Origin: an uncultured Chthonomonadaceae bacterium | Lineage (GTDB): Bacteria > Armatimonadota > Chthonomonadetes > Chthonomonadales > Chthonomonadaceae | Assembly: GCA_963817895.1 (NCBI GenBank) | Contig: CAWFQB010000005.1 | Location: forward strand, 288,001 to 352,000 | DNA length: 64,000 nucleotides | Direction: 5' to 3' | Part shown: positions 60,851 to 64,000 of the stretch, in pieces | Position numbering within the stretch: position 1 is the first letter of the stretch | Layout: every line of letters starts with the position of its first letter | Notes under the pieces: generated by a model | What the model was told of the DNA's origin: nothing | Databases searched by the model: none | Seen by the model: the letters and a program-made list of their open reading frames with translations, nothing else | Program-made: the position numbers and the translations under genes

Positions 60851-61915
60851 ATGTCAAATTTATTGATTACGGGTGGATGCGGCTTTATCGGCTCCAATCT
60901 GGCAGTTGCGCTGGCGGAACAGGGACATGCCGTTACCTGCTTTGACAACCTTTCGCGGCGCGGCTCGGAAGTTCTGCTGGCGCGAATTCTGGAGCATGGC
61001 TGCCGGTTCGCGCACGGCGACATTCGCAGCCCGGAAGATTTGGGACGGATAGCAGGCGACTTCGACATCATGATCGAGTGCAGCGCGGAACCGTCCGTTC
61101 TTGTCGGAACGCGGGGCGCGGACGCCACGTACATGCTCAACAACAATCTCGTCGGCTCGCTCCACTGCTTCGAGTTCGCCCGACAGCGCGGCATGGGCAT
61201 ACTGTTTTTATCCACATCCCGCGTGTATCCCTATCCCGCGCTCAACAAACTGCATTTCAACGAGGGTGAAACTCGCTTTGAATATGCTGATAATCAACCC
61301 GGCGTCAGCGCGAGCGGCGTTGGATTGAATTTTCCGCTGGATGGGGCGCGTTCTCTGTACGGCGCGACCAAACTGGCATCCGAAATCATCCTTCAGGAGT
61401 ACAGCCGCCAGTACGACTTGCCCTGCATCATCAACCGGTGCGGCGTGGTTGCCGGTCCCTGGCAATTGGGCAAAGTGGATCAAGGCGTGTTCACGTACTG
61501 GCTGGCGCAGCACGTTTTCGGCAAAAACCTGAAATACATCGGCTTTGGCGGCAGGGGCAAACAGGTGCGCGACCTGCTGCATGTTGCCGACCTGACCGCC
61601 CTGATCGCAAAGCAGATTGCGGTCATCGGCAATTACCGGGGGCAGGTGTTCCATGCGGGTGGGGGCGCGAACGGTAGCCTGTCGCTGCTGGAAACCACGC
61701 GCCTGTGCCAGCAAATTACAGGCAAAACCGTTGAGGTTACGCCCGACGCCGTAGACCGTCCCGCCGACGTGATCTGGTACGTCACCGACAATGGCGCGAC
61801 GGAATCCACGTTCGACTGGAAGCCGACGCGCGATCCTGAAACGATTTTGACGGATATTTTTCACTGGCTGGACGCGCATCAGGCGCAATTCCAGAAGTTT
61901 ATGGGAGGCAAATAG
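60851..61915 (+). CDS. NAD-dependent epimerase/dehydratase (CDP-paratose 2-epimerase-like)
   Basis: [17 protein letters not shown] and GKQVRDLLH. Confidence 0.92.
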   Translation: MSNLLITGGCGFIGSNLAVALAEQGHAVTCFDNLSRRGSEVLLARILEHGCRFAHGDIRSPEDLGRIAGDFDIMIECSAEPSVLVGTRGADATYMLNNNLVGSLHCFEFARQRGMGILFLSTSRVYPYPALNKLHFNEGETRFEYADNQPGVSASGVGLNFPLDGARSLYGATKLASEIILQEYSRQYDLPCIINRCGVVAGPWQLGKVDQGVFTYWLAQHVFGKNLKYIGFGGRGKQVRDLLHVADLTALIAKQIAVIGNYRGQVFHAGGGANGSLSLLETTRLCQQITGKTVEVTPDAVDRPADVIWYVTDNGATESTFDWKPTRDPETILTDIFHWLDAHQAQFQKFMGGK

Positions 61916-62988
61916 TGGCAGTAGCGATAGTGACCGGTTCCGCCGGCTTGATTGGCAGTGAAGCGGTGCGATATTTTAGCGCGAAAGGGCTGGATGTCGT
62001 GGGCATTGACAACGACATGCGCAGCTACTTCTTTGGTAAGGAAGCGTCCACGCAGTGGCAGCTAAGTCAGTTGACCGCTTCCCTGCCCAATTTTACCAAT
62101 GAAACCGCCGACATTCGTGATTTTGAGGCGATTTCTAAAATTTTCCAGAAGTACGGCACTGATGTAAAGCTGATTGTGCATACCGCCGCGCAGCCTTCGC
62201 ACGATTGGGCCGCCCGCGAACCGTTTACCGATTTTACCGTGAACGCCAACGGCACACTGAACCTGCTGGAAGCCACGCGCCAGTTCTGCCCCGAAGCCGT
62301 GTTCATTTTCACGTCCACTAACAAAGTGTACGGCGACACGCCCAACCGCCTGCCCCTTTTAGAACTCGATACGCGCTGGGAAATTGACACGGCACATCCC
62401 TATTACGCCGAAGGCATTGACGAACACATGTCCATTGACAACAGCAAGCACTCGCTATTCGGCGCGTCGAAAGTGGCCGCCGATGTGATGACGCAGGAGT
62501 ACGGGCGCTATTTCGGCATGAACACGGGCGTGTTTCGGGGCGGCTGTCTGACAGGGCCGGGACATTCGGGCGCGGAACTGCACGGCTTTCTCGCCTATTT
62601 GATGAAATGCGCCGCCACCGGCAAGGAGTACCGCATCTTCGGCTACAAGGGCAAGCAGGTGCGCGACAACATCCACAGCCACGATCTTGTCAGCCTGTTC
62701 GACCACTTCTATCAGAACCCGCGCCAGGGCGAAGTGTACAATGTCGGCGGCGGGCGGTTCAGCAACTGTTCCATGCTGGAAGCCATTCAGATGTGCGAAG
62801 AGATTACGGGCAATAAAATGCACACGCAGTACGTGGACGACAACCGCATCGGCGACCACATCTGGTACATCAGCGACATGACGAAATTCAAAACGCACTA
62901 CCCGGCCTGGACGCACACTAAAAACGTGTCCGACATTCTGAACGAGATTTATACGTATAACAGGGATCGCTGGTCAGAAGCCGCGTGA
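61915..62988 (+). CDS. NAD-dependent epimerase/dehydratase (CDP-paratose 2-epimerase-like)
   Basis: [32 protein letters not shown] and GKQVRDNIH. Confidence 0.92.
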   Translation: MAVAIVTGSAGLIGSEAVRYFSAKGLDVVGIDNDMRSYFFGKEASTQWQLSQLTASLPNFTNETADIRDFEAISKIFQKYGTDVKLIVHTAAQPSHDWAAREPFTDFTVNANGTLNLLEATRQFCPEAVFIFTSTNKVYGDTPNRLPLLELDTRWEIDTAHPYYAEGIDEHMSIDNSKHSLFGASKVAADVMTQEYGRYFGMNTGVFRGGCLTGPGHSGAELHGFLAYLMKCAATGKEYRIFGYKGKQVRDNIHSHDLVSLFDHFYQNPRQGEVYNVGGGRFSNCSMLEAIQMCEEITGNKMHTQYVDDNRIGDHIWYISDMTKFKTHYPAWTHTKNVSDILNEIYTYNRDRWSEAA

Positions 62989-62997
62989 GGGTCAGGT

Positions 62998-64000
62998 TTG
63001 AAAACCCTCAAACGTCCTGAAAACTGGATAGCGGCGCTGGCGATATTCTTGTGGCTGCGGCTGATACAGGCGCCGTATGTCGTTGATTATGTCTCCAAAG
63101 GGACCAGAATTGAGGGTTCCTGGCGCTACTGTAACGCCTATTTCCTGAGCCACCATTTTCGTGTCGGCACGGATTTTGTTTTCCCGACCACGCTGTTGGG
63201 ATACTTCTATAGCAGCACTTACGACGCGGGTTTGTTCTGGCAGTGCTGGGCATGGCAGTTGACGCTCAACGGCCTCCTGGTTTTTAATCTGTATCGGATG
63301 TGCCTGCTGTATCCGGACAGGCGGCGACAGGCCGGATTGCTGCTTGCCTGCGCGCTCCTGCTTCCTCAGTTCCCGGACGTGAGCTACACCGTTCTGCTGA
63401 TTACAGGCAGCTCCATGCTGTTGTTTGCGGATGAGGCGCAGCCGGGACAGAAAACACTCAATATTCTGAATACGCTGGCGCTTATTCTGATTTCGCAGGT
63501 TAAAATCACCTTTCTGATGCAGGCGCTAGTTATTGTGATTGCCGCCGCATATCGGCATTGGAAACAGAAACGCCCCTGCTGCTGTACATGATTGGTTCGC
63601 TCGTTGTGTGGGTAGGGCTGTATCAGCCTTTGTCCGGCCTGGGCGAAAGCCTGCGTAATCTGCTCTCGATTACGGGCGGCTACAATAACGCGATGGGACT
63701 GGAAGCGAGTCCCTTCCGGGTCGCGCTGGGATTTGCGGGGCTTTGCCTGCTTCTGTCCGCGTTGTTTCCCGTCGCCAGGTCGTTTGGCAGGCGTGGCCTT
63801 TGGGGAGGAGCGTTGCTGACGTTTCTCCTGCTGCAAATGTGGAAGCAGGGGTTTGTGCGCAATGACGGCCACGCGATGACCTTTTATTGCCTGCTGATGG
63901 CGCTTTGCCCGTTGCTGCCTGTTTATTTTGGCGCGCATCGTTCGCTGACACGTTCCCAGGTGGTTGGCCTGGTTGTGTGCGCGCTGCTGAGTTTGACCGG
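62998..64000 (+). CDS. Polytopic membrane protein of a surface-glycan locus; frameshift near 63580, runs off the window
   Basis: Hydrophobic ORF to 63591 continues in another frame (YMIGSLVVWVGL...WKQGFVRNDGH) to the window end. Confidence 0.6.

Overview
GC-rich bacterial chromosomal window. Gene content suggests Armatimonadota/Chthonomonas-like, which is an unverified inference. Left to right it holds: (1) an ImmA/IrrE metallopeptidase - NurA - HerA - SbcD/Mre11 - SbcC/Rad50 operon; (2) a DUF58 - transglutaminase - MoxR cluster; (3) a restriction-like island of PLD-SNF2 helicase, an intact DUF4365 gene pair and an Eco57I-type m6A methyltransferase, with the helicase and MTase heavily frameshifted; (4) a DUF559 endonuclease bracketed by four ~50-bp REP-like palindromic repeats; (5) fliM-fliN/Y-fliO-fliP; (6) three tandem 'LLRP-tail' membrane paralogs; (7) a DUF433/PIN TA pair, glycosyltransferase, stand-alone HAS-barrel protein, KGG stress protein, aat, DUF952 and a GH78 rhamnosidase; (8) a MacAB-like exporter with an MFS, and a serine hydrolase; (9) an Rpn-like nuclease with a strong internal start, a YpdA-like reductase and a complete IS701-like element with TIRs and TSD; (10) an ethylene-receptor-like double histidine kinase with a response regulator, a cytochrome c and a TIR-TIR-FGE-sulfatase protein; (11) aspS and the start of a surface-polysaccharide locus. 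Inverted short tandem repeat arrays (mostly 7-8-mers) are scattered throughout, and some lie in frame within genes. Many frameshifts, including in flagellar genes, may be long-read consensus errors. No rRNA, tRNA or CRISPR array was seen. All family calls come from motif recognition by eye, not from database searches.
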